A stretch of DNA of 53,681 nucleotides from a virus. Lineage: Duplodnaviria > Caudoviricetes. Position numbers and translations under genes: made by a program. Every line of letters starts with the position of its first letter. Position 1 is the first letter of the stretch. Below, piece after piece: positions 24,898 through 34,696 of the stretch. Location: positions 1 through 53,681 of the IMG/VR virus record IMGVR_UViG_3300025645_000098; one strand, written 5' to 3'. The notes beneath the pieces were generated by a model. That model searched no databases. It was not told the origin of the DNA and was given only the letters and a program-made list of their open reading frames with translations.

Positions 24898-25776
24898 ATG
24901 AAAAATTTTGCAATCTCAAACGAGAGAATTACAAAAAGAGAAACACGTTCAATGAATTCATATTTTAATGAATTGAATAAAATACCTTTATTAACATCAG
25001 ACGAAGAAGTTGAATTGGCAACTCTTAGTAAAAATGGTGATGAAAATGCTAGACAGAAATTAGTTAAACATAATTTAAGATTTGTTGTTAGTATTGCTAA
25101 AAAATATACTACCCCAAATATTAAGATTGAAGATTTGATTAATGAAGGAAATATCGGTCTTATCATTGCCTCTCAAAAATTTGACCCAACAAGAGGATTC
25201 AAATTTATTTCTTATGCTGTATGGTGGATTAGGCAACAAATGTCGGCTTATATTTCTCAAACTTCAAAAATTATTAGGACTCCTGATAATAAAAATAATG
25301 AATTGTATGCAATAAAAAAGTGTGTTAGTTTACTAGAACAAGAATTAGAACGTAAGCCATCTTATGATGAAATAATAGAAGTATTAGAAAAATCTTATTC
25401 TGAAGCCAGTATTAATTTCTTTCTCAATAGAGATAGAATTTTTACTAAATCATTAGATGAACAATTCACTGAAAATTCAGATTCGGGTTCGTTAATTGAT
25501 TCAATTAGGGATTCAAATAGTAATAACCCAAGCAATACTTTAGATTCAACTCATTCAATATATAATATAAATACATTATTAAATAAATTAAATGAACGGG
25601 AATCGTTGGTTCTTCAATTATTATTTGGTTTTAATGGTTATGAACCTAAAACTCCGAAGGAAATTGCTATTGAATTAGGTGTTACATCAACTTTAATTTT
25701 AGTGATAAAACGTAAAGCACTTAAAAAATTAAAATATAAACTACAAGGTAATGCCAGTTGGATGATTGAAAATTAA
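24898..25776 (+). CDS. RNA polymerase sigma-70 factor (Bacteroidetes RpoD-like, no region 1.1)
   Basis: LVKHNLRFVVSIAKKY, DLINEGNIGL, FDPTRGFKFISYAVWWIRQ, region-4 HTH. Confidence 0.93.
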   Translation: MKNFAISNERITKRETRSMNSYFNELNKIPLLTSDEEVELATLSKNGDENARQKLVKHNLRFVVSIAKKYTTPNIKIEDLINEGNIGLIIASQKFDPTRGFKFISYAVWWIRQQMSAYISQTSKIIRTPDNKNNELYAIKKCVSLLEQELERKPSYDEIIEVLEKSYSEASINFFLNRDRIFTKSLDEQFTENSDSGSLIDSIRDSNSNNPSNTLDSTHSIYNINTLLNKLNERESLVLQLLFGFNGYEPKTPKEIAIELGVTSTLILVIKRKALKKLKYKLQGNASWMIEN

Positions 25777-25785
25777 ACACTAAAT

Positions 25786-25917
25786 ATGAATATAAAGATT
25801 TCAAAAGGTGAGGGTTCTGGTTATGGTTCTGGTAATGGTAATGGTTCTGGTTTTGGTTTTGGTTCTTGTGGTTATGGTGATGGTAATGGTTGTGGTGATG
25901 GTTATGGTAGAGGTTAA
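25786..25917 (+). CDS. Gly-X repeat mini-protein 1 (43 aa)
   Basis: MNIKISKG leader followed by (GX)n. Confidence 0.75.
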   Translation: MNIKISKGEGSGYGSGNGNGSGFGFGSCGYGDGNGCGDGYGRG

Positions 25918-25929
25918 AAAATAAAATAT

Positions 25930-26184
25930 ATGAATATAAAGATTTCAAAAGGTGATGGTGATGGTTATGGTAATGGTTATGGTAATGGTGATGGTGAGGG
26001 TAATGGTAATGGTTTTGGTGTAGGTGGTCATTCTGGTAATGGTTCTGGTTCTGGTAATGGTAATGGTGCTGGTGAGGGTTATGGTGTTGGTTATGGTGAG
26101 GGTTCTGGTTCTGGTTCTGGTTCTGGTAATGGTAGAGGTTCTGGTTATGGTGATGGTTGTGGTGATGGTTATGGTAGAGGTTAA
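25930..26184 (+). CDS. Gly-X repeat mini-protein 2 (84 aa)
   Basis: MNIKISKG leader followed by (GX)n. Confidence 0.8.
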   Translation: MNIKISKGDGDGYGNGYGNGDGEGNGNGFGVGGHSGNGSGSGNGNGAGEGYGVGYGEGSGSGSGSGNGRGSGYGDGCGDGYGRG

Positions 26185-26196
26185 AAAATAAAATAT

Positions 26197-26493
26197 ATGA
26201 ATATAAAGATTTCAAAAGGTGATGGTAATGGTTATGGTAATGGTGATGGTGAGGGTTATGGTTTTGGTGTAGGTGGTCATTCTGGTAATGGTTCTGGTTC
26301 TGGTAATGGTAATGGTGCTGGTGAGGGTTATGGTTGGGGTGATGGTTATGGTGATGGTTCTGGTTCTGGTACTGGTTCTGGTTCTGCTTCTGGTTCTGGT
26401 TCTGGTAGAGGTTCTGGTAATGGTAGAGGTTATGGTTCTGGTAATGGTTATGGTAGAGGTGCTGGTTATGGTAGAGGTTATGGTAATAGTTAA
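26197..26493 (+). CDS. Gly-X repeat mini-protein 3 (98 aa)
   Basis: MNIKISKG leader followed by (GX)n. Confidence 0.8.
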   Translation: MNIKISKGDGNGYGNGDGEGYGFGVGGHSGNGSGSGNGNGAGEGYGWGDGYGDGSGSGTGSGSASGSGSGRGSGNGRGYGSGNGYGRGAGYGRGYGNS

Positions 26494-26505
26494 AAAATAA
26501 AACAT

Positions 26506-26793
26506 ATGAATATAAAGATTTCAAAGGGTAATGGTGATGGTTCTGGTGATGGTTCTGGTAATGGTAATGGTATAGGTTCTTTTTGGGGTTATGGTTATGG
26601 TGATGGTTCTGGTGATGGTGAGGGTTCTGGTACTGCTGGCGGTTATGGTTATGGTTGTGGTTCTGGTGCTGGTGAGGGTTATGGTGTTGGTTCTGGTGAT
26701 GGTTCTGGTTTTGGTAATGGTTCTGGTCGTTATGGTTCTGGTGATGGTTATGGTTCTGGTTGTGGTGATGGTTATGGTAATGGTATAGGTTAA
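26506..26793 (+). CDS. Gly-X repeat mini-protein 4 (95 aa)
   Basis: MNIKISKG leader followed by (GX)n. Confidence 0.8.
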   Translation: MNIKISKGNGDGSGDGSGNGNGIGSFWGYGYGDGSGDGEGSGTAGGYGYGCGSGAGEGYGVGSGDGSGFGNGSGRYGSGDGYGSGCGDGYGNGIG

Positions 26794-26805
26794 AAAATGA
26801 AACAT

Positions 26806-26892
26806 ATGAATATAAAGATTTCAAAGGGTAATGGTGATGGTTATGGTTCTGGTTCTGGTTATGGTTATGGTAGAGGTCATGGTATAGGTTAA
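26806..26892 (+). CDS. Gly-X repeat mini-protein 5 (28 aa)
   Basis: MNIKISKG leader followed by (GX)n. Confidence 0.7.
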   Translation: MNIKISKGNGDGYGSGSGYGYGRGHGIG

Positions 26893-26904
26893 AAAATGAA
26901 ACAT

Positions 26905-27105
26905 ATGAATATAAAGATTTCAAGAGGTTATGGTTCTGGTGCTGGTAATGGTTATGGTGGTTGGGGTGGTGGTAGTTCTGGTTCTGGTACTGCTTGTGGT
27001 TCTGGTTATGGTTCTGGCGAGGGTGATGGTTATGGTGATGGTTATGGTAGAGGTTCTGGTAGAGGTGTTGGTAGAGGTTCTGGTTATGGTTCTGGTTCTG
27101 GTTAA
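26905..27105 (+). CDS. Gly-X repeat mini-protein 6 (66 aa)
   Basis: MNIKISRG leader followed by (GX)n. Confidence 0.75.
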   Translation: MNIKISRGYGSGAGNGYGGWGGGSSGSGTACGSGYGSGEGDGYGDGYGRGSGRGVGRGSGYGSGSG

Positions 27106-27189
27106 AAAATAAAATAAAAAAAAGCATAAAAACTTGTTAGTTTAAAAAATAAGTTATATATTTGCATTAATAATTAATAATAAAAAAAA

Positions 27190-27501
27190 ATGAAAAACGA
27201 TTTATTAGGAAAAGAAGTAATGATTAGAACTTATTCAGCTGGAGTTCACTATGGTAAACTAAGTAAAGCTAAAGCTATTAAAGGTGGTTATAGTGTTAAA
27301 TTAACTAATAGTACACGAGTTTATTCTTGGGCTGGTGCTTGCACTTTAAGTCAATTAGCAACTGAAGGTACCAAAAATACTGAAACTAAGTTATCTGTTA
27401 AAGTACCTAGTATTTATTTAAATGCTATTGAAATCATAGAAATGGATGATTTGGCTTCTAAAAGATTAAATGAAATCCCAACTTGGAAGATAAATAATTA
27501 A
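27190..27501 (+). CDS. DUF6948-like small beta-rich protein
   Basis: IRTYSAGVHYG...YSWAGACTLSQLATEG...AIEII motifs. Confidence 0.75.
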   Translation: MKNDLLGKEVMIRTYSAGVHYGKLSKAKAIKGGYSVKLTNSTRVYSWAGACTLSQLATEGTKNTETKLSVKVPSIYLNAIEIIEMDDLASKRLNEIPTWKINN

Positions 27502-27502
27502 T

Positions 27503-28219
27503 ATGTTAGATATTGAAACATTAATGATTGATGGTGCTCCTTCTTATAAAGATGGAAGTAAATATTTGCGAAATAAATATAGGGATAATAAAAAAAGATT
27601 TATTTCTAGATTTATTGAACCAATAAAAATTAATTTACAGATGCATGATGTTGAAAATTATGAAGATATTTGTAATTTCTACATGAATTTATGGGATTCA
27701 ACAAAAGCTTTTACATATGAAGAAGCTTTTTCAATTATGGATGATGAATTTAGGGCGAAGGTTTTTTCAGTGATAGATGTGCCGCAAATGATTAATAATT
27801 TAGGTACAACTAGAATTAAAGTAAGCGGTATTGATTTAGTCAATAGAGTTTACAATAAATTTAAAAAAGAATTCATTGAAGAAGAATTCACTCAAATATA
27901 TGAACTTCATGAAGTTAATGGTGAAAAATTAAAGCTAACTGAAAAAATATACGCTATTAAATGTTGGTGTACTTCTACTAAAGATGAACATTGGTTATGG
28001 ATTGATAGTCAAATGGCTGAAAAAAATGACCCGTTAGAATGCATTGCGTCAACATGCAAGACATATAAATCTATGCTTGGGAACATTAAGCATATAATAA
28101 GACAGGGGGACGTATTTTTATTTGAAATGATAGATGATACTATCCTACCTAAAGAAAATGAGGAAGTAGTGCCATTAGATGCTACCACTTATTTTAAATT
28201 ACTTAAATCACAATCTTAA
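27503..28219 (+). CDS. Conserved hypothetical protein
   Basis: KCWCTSTKDEHWLW and IIRQGDVFL motifs. Confidence 0.7.
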   Translation: MLDIETLMIDGAPSYKDGSKYLRNKYRDNKKRFISRFIEPIKINLQMHDVENYEDICNFYMNLWDSTKAFTYEEAFSIMDDEFRAKVFSVIDVPQMINNLGTTRIKVSGIDLVNRVYNKFKKEFIEEEFTQIYELHEVNGEKLKLTEKIYAIKCWCTSTKDEHWLWIDSQMAEKNDPLECIASTCKTYKSMLGNIKHIIRQGDVFLFEMIDDTILPKENEEVVPLDATTYFKLLKSQS

Positions 28220-28233
28220 AAAAAACAAAAAAG

Positions 28234-28476
28234 ATGAGAAAAAAAACAATTTTAGAACCTTCCACTAACACACACATTACCACAAGTAATGTTGAAATAG
28301 TTGAAAAATTTAACAAAATGGGTACGATAGTTATCGATACCAAAAACGACAATATGATAGTTGAACATGGCCATCATAATACTGTTGCAACTGAAACTGA
28401 TACCAAAAGAGTTATTAAAATTACTCAACAAGAGTACAACCCAGTACTTCAAGCATTCCAGAATGCATTTGATTAA
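28234..28476 (+). CDS. Small His-containing conserved hypothetical protein
   Basis: VEHGHH...QQEYNP...AFD pattern; usually partnered with RQGDV proteins. Confidence 0.65.
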   Translation: MRKKTILEPSTNTHITTSNVEIVEKFNKMGTIVIDTKNDNMIVEHGHHNTVATETDTKRVIKITQQEYNPVLQAFQNAFD

Positions 28477-28502
28477 TGTAAATCTTTTAAATTAGTAAAA
28501 AA

Positions 28503-28536
28503 AACCCTATCATTTATTTGGTGGGGTTATTTTTTT
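28503..28536 (+). repeat. 34-nt direct repeat (terminator/promoter unit), copy 2
   Basis: Identical to 24831-24864; followed by TATATTTG at 28541. Confidence 0.85.
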
Positions 28537-28574
28537 ATTGTATATTTGTAATATAACATTATAAACTTAGTAAG

Positions 28575-28877
28575 ATGGTAAGAACTCATTGTGAAACAAT
28601 AAAAGGATATGATGAATTAGGTAGACCAATACTTAAAAATAAACTTAAATATAAGTCTCACGATAAGGCTGTTAAGGCTTGTAAAAATATGAACCTTAGA
28701 AAGGGTCAAGTTATAAAGTTAGTGACTTACAAGTGTACAGTTTGTTATGAATACCATATCGGAAGAAACGGTACTGAGATTACACCAAAATATCGAAATA
28801 AATTACTCAAAGAAGAAATAATAAAATTCGCACCAAAAAAAATATCTTTAAAAATAATCGGAAAAATAGACTTATAA
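28575..28877 (+). CDS. Zn-finger-like hypothetical protein
   Basis: YKCTVCYEYHIG motif. Confidence 0.65.
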   Translation: MVRTHCETIKGYDELGRPILKNKLKYKSHDKAVKACKNMNLRKGQVIKLVTYKCTVCYEYHIGRNGTEITPKYRNKLLKEEIIKFAPKKISLKIIGKIDL

Positions 28878-31800
28878 TGGTAAAGCAAACAAAAAAAGAA
28901 TTGAAAGCTCTTTTCAAAGAAAGAGAAAAAGACCTTAAATATTTAAATGAAGGGTATAAGGATGATGAAAAATATAAATTATTCCTTGAAAAAATATCTG
29001 AATTTAATAAAGAATTAAGGAGTATTAGAGCTGATTGGTGGCAAGAGCATAAAGAGGCTAGAGATGCTTGTTCAAATGAATTAAAAGCTATTAAAAAAGT
29101 TATCACATATAAAGGTGAGTTAGACCCTAAAGATTATGATAAAGATGTCCAAAAAGCTTATAATTTATTTTATAGAGGCACTTCAGAATACCAAAACAGA
29201 AAATTAATTTGGGTTTCTAATGACCAAAGATTTTGTGTTCTTAAAATGCCATCAACAACTGGTTATGTTGATAGAATGAGTGGTTCTAAATCATCACCAT
29301 CTGAATGGTTCTTAGTTGATGTTGAAATATTTAAAGGTGGTTGGTCTGGAAGTGATGAGGGTGTATTTTACCATCGAGAAGGTGGTCGTTGGTCTAAAAA
29401 GTTTGAAACCTTAATAAAAGAGGAAGTTCAAAAATACATATTTGAAAATTTATTATAATGGCAAAGAGAAAGAGTAAGAATTATTCTAAGTTTGCAAAAA
29501 CTGTTATCGGTAAATTAGAAAAAGAGGGTGTTGAGTGCTATTTGTGGCACGCTGCAACCACTGGTAGTGCTTATATAAGATTTAATGACAGCAGAATAGG
29601 TTCAGTAAGATTAGGTGACCATAAAGGTCGTTCTCAATATAGTTATAAATGGAATATTAGAAGTGATTTCCCAAATGGTCACAATAGATGGCATAAAGTT
29701 AATGGTACGTGGAGATATTATGTACATGCTGGTAATTGGGCTGACATCGTTCCTCATATCGTAGAACGAAAAAAGGAAGTTGAAAAGATGGGTCCTAGTA
29801 AATACGGTGGTTATTACATACCAGACCATAAAAAATAAGGAAATAAAAAATAAATTATTAATATGAGCTACAAGGTAAGATTTAATCTAGGGAATGGGTC
29901 CAATTATATGAAATGGAAGATAGAAAATCTTGACACCAAGAAGTCACGTTATCTTGACCCTAACGAGGTTTCATTAACTTTAGTTAATTGTACCTTACAC
30001 AACAATAGAAACCGCTCAGAAGAGATATTTCTAGGCGCACACAAATCAGTGTGTTCTTGGGTATTATGTGAGAAGGTTCTTATAGATGCACCAAGAGAAG
30101 TTTCTGGTGAACAAGTTAGATACAATCCTAGAGTTGCACCACATTGGTCTCACAATGGTGAAGATGTTGATGGGAAAGAATATACTGAATTAAAAACTAA
30201 CGGTAAAAATTTATATTATGCAAAACAATGTTAAGATAGATAGACAATTAACGGCTATACAAAAATTAGCTGTAATGGGCTTTTTATTTGGAGGTGATAA
30301 TTATGGTGAAGATGTTATCGATGTTCTAGATAATTTAGAATATGATGAAATCCAAGAAGGTTACTCTATTACTGTGATGTTAAGAGAAAGTCCTACACAT
30401 ACCAGCACTTCTGGAATTGGATTTTATTTAAGTGGGAATAATGTTATGGTATATTCATGTAGAGGTGTTTTGACTGTTGGATTAACACCTGAATTACTTA
30501 AAAATTTTAATAATGCTAAAAATAAAGGTTATGGAAAATAGTGAAAAAATCAAAGAACTTAGGGCGAAAGCTGATGAGTTAGAAAAGTTAGATAAAGAAA
30601 ATAGTAAATTACCTGAAGAATATAGGTTGGCAAATATTATTCATTCAAAACAATGTCGTTGGAACCATAGTGATGGTTGTGGTTGGCATTATGAATCTTG
30701 GGATAAGATTGGAAATAGTAGACAAAGATATATTGATAAAGCTAAAGTGATTTTAGTTGAAGTGGATTTTGAAACCGCATATAAAGTAATATCATTAACT
30801 TAAAAATAAATAATGAAAAACGTTAAGAACATTTATATTAGAAAAAATTTAGTAGCCCATACAGAATTGGATGAATTAGATTTTGAGTTACAGGACGAAT
30901 TTAAATTTGATTATGAAAAAGGTGATTTTATCGTGATTGATTCAATTACTGATAAAAAACTTAGAAAAGAATTGAGGTATGGTTATGTAGATGCCACAGA
31001 ATTATCAATCAGTAAGTTAGAGAAGTTAATTAAAAAATTTAAATCTAAAGGTGCTACACATATTCAAATGCTTCATGATGGAGACCATCATGGGTATCAA
31101 TTTTCAGCATTCAAGATTGAACTGGCTGATGATGAATTGATTCAAAGGTATAATGAGGAACAAGAAAAGAAAAAACAACTTCATAAGGAATGTGATAATT
31201 TGAGTCAAAAAATAGAAATAATTAAAAAAGACATCAGAAATTTAAAAGTTTAATTTGTTTAAGTCAAACTTTTTTAGTATATTTGTAATATGAAAAAATA
31301 TGTATTTGCTATTATAGACATTGATGGTCGTGATTGGGGTGCCATATTAAAGTGGGAACTCAAACCATGGCACTTAAGAATATTCACTAGATATAAATAT
31401 TTTTATAAAAAATTTGCATTATCTAATAATATTGAGTATATGCAAGAAATGTATAATGAACAATATTCACATATAAAAGTATGAAACATAAAGTGATAAT
31501 ATCGAAAAGTGTAAGTTCAGTTAATCGTGAATTAGATGATGGTTGGTTAGTTATAAGTGTAACCGCACAACATATCACTGGTAAAGGTGATTCTTCATTT
31601 ACTGAAGATGGTAAGTTATGTTTTGTATTACAAAAAGAAGAATAAATAATTATGAAAAAATTAATGATTTTAATCTTGGTTGGTATTATGATGGCAAGTT
31701 GTAGAGAGAGACAATATAAACCAGAGTCAAACAATGAATCACCTAATGAAATTGTAGATGATGAGATATCAAACCCAATAAAACTTATTGAGCGAAGTGA

Positions 31801-31918
31801 GTTTATTAATAATATTGGTCGTGTTATGGTAGTAGAAATTCAAGAACATTATTATATAATATTGAGTGGTGATAGAGGTCACCCAATACATGCAGAATCA
31901 TGTCCTAAACTACATTAA
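28877..31918 (+). other. Run of small co-oriented hypothetical genes (28877, 29458, 29863, 30218, 30513, 30813, 31290, 31652)
   Basis: Tightly packed ORFs with no recognisable motifs; 31652 has a lipobox (MASC). Confidence 0.65.
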
Positions 31919-32175
31919 AAAATAAGTCAGAGAATCTAACGCTTGGGTATAACTTGATTATACCCAAGAGGAAGTTCAGGACATCTCTCTGAGATGTGGA
32001 AGTTGAGAGACGTTATACCACAGCAACATGGGATGCAACACAAATTTCTTAGCAAGAGACTCAGATTGCGATAATAGATTGGTAGTGGCACCAGCATGAA
32101 AAACTGGATGAATCATAAGGTTCATAGTTAAATGTTAGAATAGAACAAAATCTTGGCTAAGCTCAACTTATTTTT
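31919..32175 (+). ncRNA. rnpB: Compact RNase P RNA
   Basis: P1 AAATAAGT/ACTTATTT; P2 TCTAAC/GTTAGA; P3 hairpin; GAGGAAGTTCAGG and ACAAAATCTTGGCTAA P4 strands; GATGCAACACAAAT. Confidence 0.75.
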
Positions 32176-32202
32176 AAAATATAAATAATATGAAAGGATA
32201 GA

Positions 32203-32976
32203 ATGAATAAATTATACGGAGCAATATTAGGTGACCTAGCGGGTATGCCTTATGAAAAGAAGTTCAATCTTAAGTTGGAAGATATTAAGATACACCCAGA
32301 CAATGCAGTTGTAACTGATGATACTATCATGACGTTAGCGGCAGCATCTAAGTTGGTTAAGAATACTAGCTACGATGTGGAATATAGAATCTGGGGTAAT
32401 GAATACTTCAGTGACTATTACGGTAAGTCATTTAAAGAGTGGCTTAAGGATGATGAAATGGTTGTAGATTCATATGGTAACGGTTGTTTAATGAGGATGT
32501 CACCAGTACCATATGCTTATAGAGGTGATAAGATTAATAGTTCAATAGAAGCTCTTAAAAGTACTGCATCATCACACACAAATCTACATTCTAGGTTTAG
32601 TAGTCAAGTATTGAATGATATATATCATATGATATTTGAAAACTATAAGAAAGAAGAAATTCATGATTGGATTGATTTTTATTATCCATTTCCACCTACC
32701 TTTCAACCATTTAAAGAGATTGATGCAACTGCACAAGGTACATTACCTTTTGTGTTATATGTATTTTTATCAACTGATTCAACCCATGAAGCAATATTAA
32801 AAGCCATTTCATTTGGTGGTGATACTGATACCAACGCATCTATTGTTGGTGAGTTATCTAATGCTTACTATAATGATTTAACTCAAGAAGATATTGAGTA
32901 TGTGGAATCACATTTGGACTTACGTCAATTGGAAATGTTACACGAATTTAATAAATATACGAAGGTAAAGGTATGA
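32203..32976 (+). CDS. ADP-ribosylglycohydrolase (DraG/ARH family)
   Basis: GAILGDLAG, TDDT, SYGNGCLMR, GGDTDTNASIVG. Confidence 0.92.
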   Translation: MNKLYGAILGDLAGMPYEKKFNLKLEDIKIHPDNAVVTDDTIMTLAAASKLVKNTSYDVEYRIWGNEYFSDYYGKSFKEWLKDDEMVVDSYGNGCLMRMSPVPYAYRGDKINSSIEALKSTASSHTNLHSRFSSQVLNDIYHMIFENYKKEEIHDWIDFYYPFPPTFQPFKEIDATAQGTLPFVLYVFLSTDSTHEAILKAISFGGDTDTNASIVGELSNAYYNDLTQEDIEYVESHLDLRQLEMLHEFNKYTKVKV

Positions 32977-33404
32977 TTAATTTGTTTAAAGGTGAATATG
33001 CTTGGTTAAGTAACATGATATTGGTTAATGTGAAATACGATGGGATTGAATATCCATCAGTGGAACATGGTTATATGTCAGCCAAATCAGATGATATGGT
33101 TTGGAAAAGTAGATGTGCCGATAAACAAATACCACCAAAACAAATAAAAAAAGAATCTAAGGATATTGATTTAAGAGACGATTGGGATGATGTAAAAATT
33201 GATGTAATGCGAGAATGCCTTAAAGAAAAATTCAATCAAGAACCTTTTAAAACTTTATTAATTAACACTAAAAATCAAGACCTTATTGAAGGTAATTGGT
33301 GGAACGATACCTTTTGGGGTGTCGATATAGTTACAGGTGAAGGTGAGAATAATTTAGGTAAATTAATCATGCAAATAAGATATGAGAATAGAACAAAAGA
33401 ATAA
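32973..33404 (+). CDS. NADAR (YbiA-like) protein
   Basis: LSN, YPSVEH, DWDDVK, KFNQ, LIEGNWWNDTFWG, GENNLGKLIMQIR. Confidence 0.92.
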   Translation: MINLFKGEYAWLSNMILVNVKYDGIEYPSVEHGYMSAKSDDMVWKSRCADKQIPPKQIKKESKDIDLRDDWDDVKIDVMRECLKEKFNQEPFKTLLINTKNQDLIEGNWWNDTFWGVDIVTGEGENNLGKLIMQIRYENRTKE

Positions 33405-33789
33405 ATTAATTGCTGATTATATGGGGTTAGAACCCTATGAAGATAGTAGATATGGAACTTTATGGTCAAGTCCAGTAAAGGGGGAAACAGGTTCTAATTT
33501 TGTTTTAAAATTTAATACGTCTTGGGATTGGTTAATGCCAGTGGTTGAAAAAATTTGTGCTTTTAATTATTACATTATCATTGATGGCAAAGAATTTTAT
33601 GTTGAAATGTTTGTATTAAAACAAGGTCTAAGTACAGTATCTTTTAATGTTAGAGAAAGGTGGAGTGGTAAGATAGAGTTTACAACTAGCAGTAGGTTTA
33701 ATGAAGACATTAAAAGCGATTTAGAGGCACATTATTATTGTGTATTAGAATATATAAAATGGTATAATAAAAATGGAACAAAAGAATAA
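33382..33789 (+). CDS. Hypothetical phage protein (WDWLMPVVEKI family)
   Basis: Paralog of the next ORF. Confidence 0.7.
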   Translation: MRIEQKNKLIADYMGLEPYEDSRYGTLWSSPVKGETGSNFVLKFNTSWDWLMPVVEKICAFNYYIIIDGKEFYVEMFVLKQGLSTVSFNVRERWSGKIEFTTSSRFNEDIKSDLEAHYYCVLEYIKWYNKNGTKE

Positions 33790-34168
33790 ATTAATTGTAG
33801 AGTTTTTAGAACTTGAACCTTGTGACAGATGTGTTAATTATGGTGGGTTTTATTGTTCACCACATGGCCAACCTACATCATCACACAGCATTATTAACAC
33901 ACCATCTGAAATGAAATATCATTTATGGTGGGATTGGCTAATGCCAGTGGTTGAAAAAATTGAATCAATCTACCATGAAGACCATGGTTATTTTGGGGTA
34001 TATATTTCATCTAATGGTTGCACAATTCAAGGTACCAAATTTAGACCTGATGCTAAAGTAGTTAAGGTTTATTATGATAACGTTGTGTTAAGCACAAAAA
34101 TAGAATCCACTTATGAATGTGTTATTAGATTTATTAAGTGGTATTTAAAAAACATAAAGAACAAATAA
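33773..34168 (+). CDS. Hypothetical phage protein (WDWLMPVVEKI family)
   Basis: Shares NKLI..F/Y, WDWLMPVVEKI and IKWY motifs with 33382. Confidence 0.7.
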   Translation: MEQKNKLIVEFLELEPCDRCVNYGGFYCSPHGQPTSSHSIINTPSEMKYHLWWDWLMPVVEKIESIYHEDHGYFGVYISSNGCTIQGTKFRPDAKVVKVYYDNVVLSTKIESTYECVIRFIKWYLKNIKNK

Positions 34169-34422
34169 TGTTAGCAGAAATACTTGAACAATACTCTGAT
34201 GAAGAGTTATTATTAGCCGATGGTTTCGATGAAGCCGTAATCGGCATAATGAGTGATTTTTCTGAACCAAGATTAATCTATTCTGTTAAGAAATGTCTTG
34301 AAATATTAATGACTAGAGATGAGATGAGTGATATTGATGCTCTGGAATATTTCACTTATAATGTTTCTGGTGGATGGGTTGGTGAGAAGACACCAGTTTG
34401 GTGTTGGGATGATTTTGAGTAA
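34168..34422 (+). CDS. Conserved phage hypothetical protein
   Basis: ADGFDEAVIG...ALEYFTYNVSGGWVGEKTP. Confidence 0.75.
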   Translation: MLAEILEQYSDEELLLADGFDEAVIGIMSDFSEPRLIYSVKKCLEILMTRDEMSDIDALEYFTYNVSGGWVGEKTPVWCWDDFE

Positions 34423-34696
34423 TAAAAACTTGCTTTTATCAATTACTTTTCGTATCTTTGTGATATAACAATTAAAAATTGAGAGATGAGTATTATTAAA
34501 ATTAATAGTTCCCAAGAACCAAGATTTATTTCAGAATGTTCAAAACATATTAGTGATGTACTAAATACCAAAGTAACCTTCAGTGAAGTAGCTGATGAAT
34601 TACTTTTATATAAATGGGGTTCACCACCAATAAACGAAGTTGTATCAAAATTTATGATAACTTTTTTGGAAGATGTTACAATTAATAAGTAAAATT

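Noticed and set aside
25786-27105. Possible CRISPR array (constant repeat with variable spacers)
   Set aside because: Spacers vary widely in length, are in-frame low-complexity coding sequence, and no cas genes are present
25721-27127. 468-aa His/Asn/Gln-rich minus-strand ORF and the Val/Met- or Thr/Ile-rich alternative frames
   Set aside because: Shadow frames of the GGT-NNN repeat; only the Gly frame has repeated starts, stops and spacers
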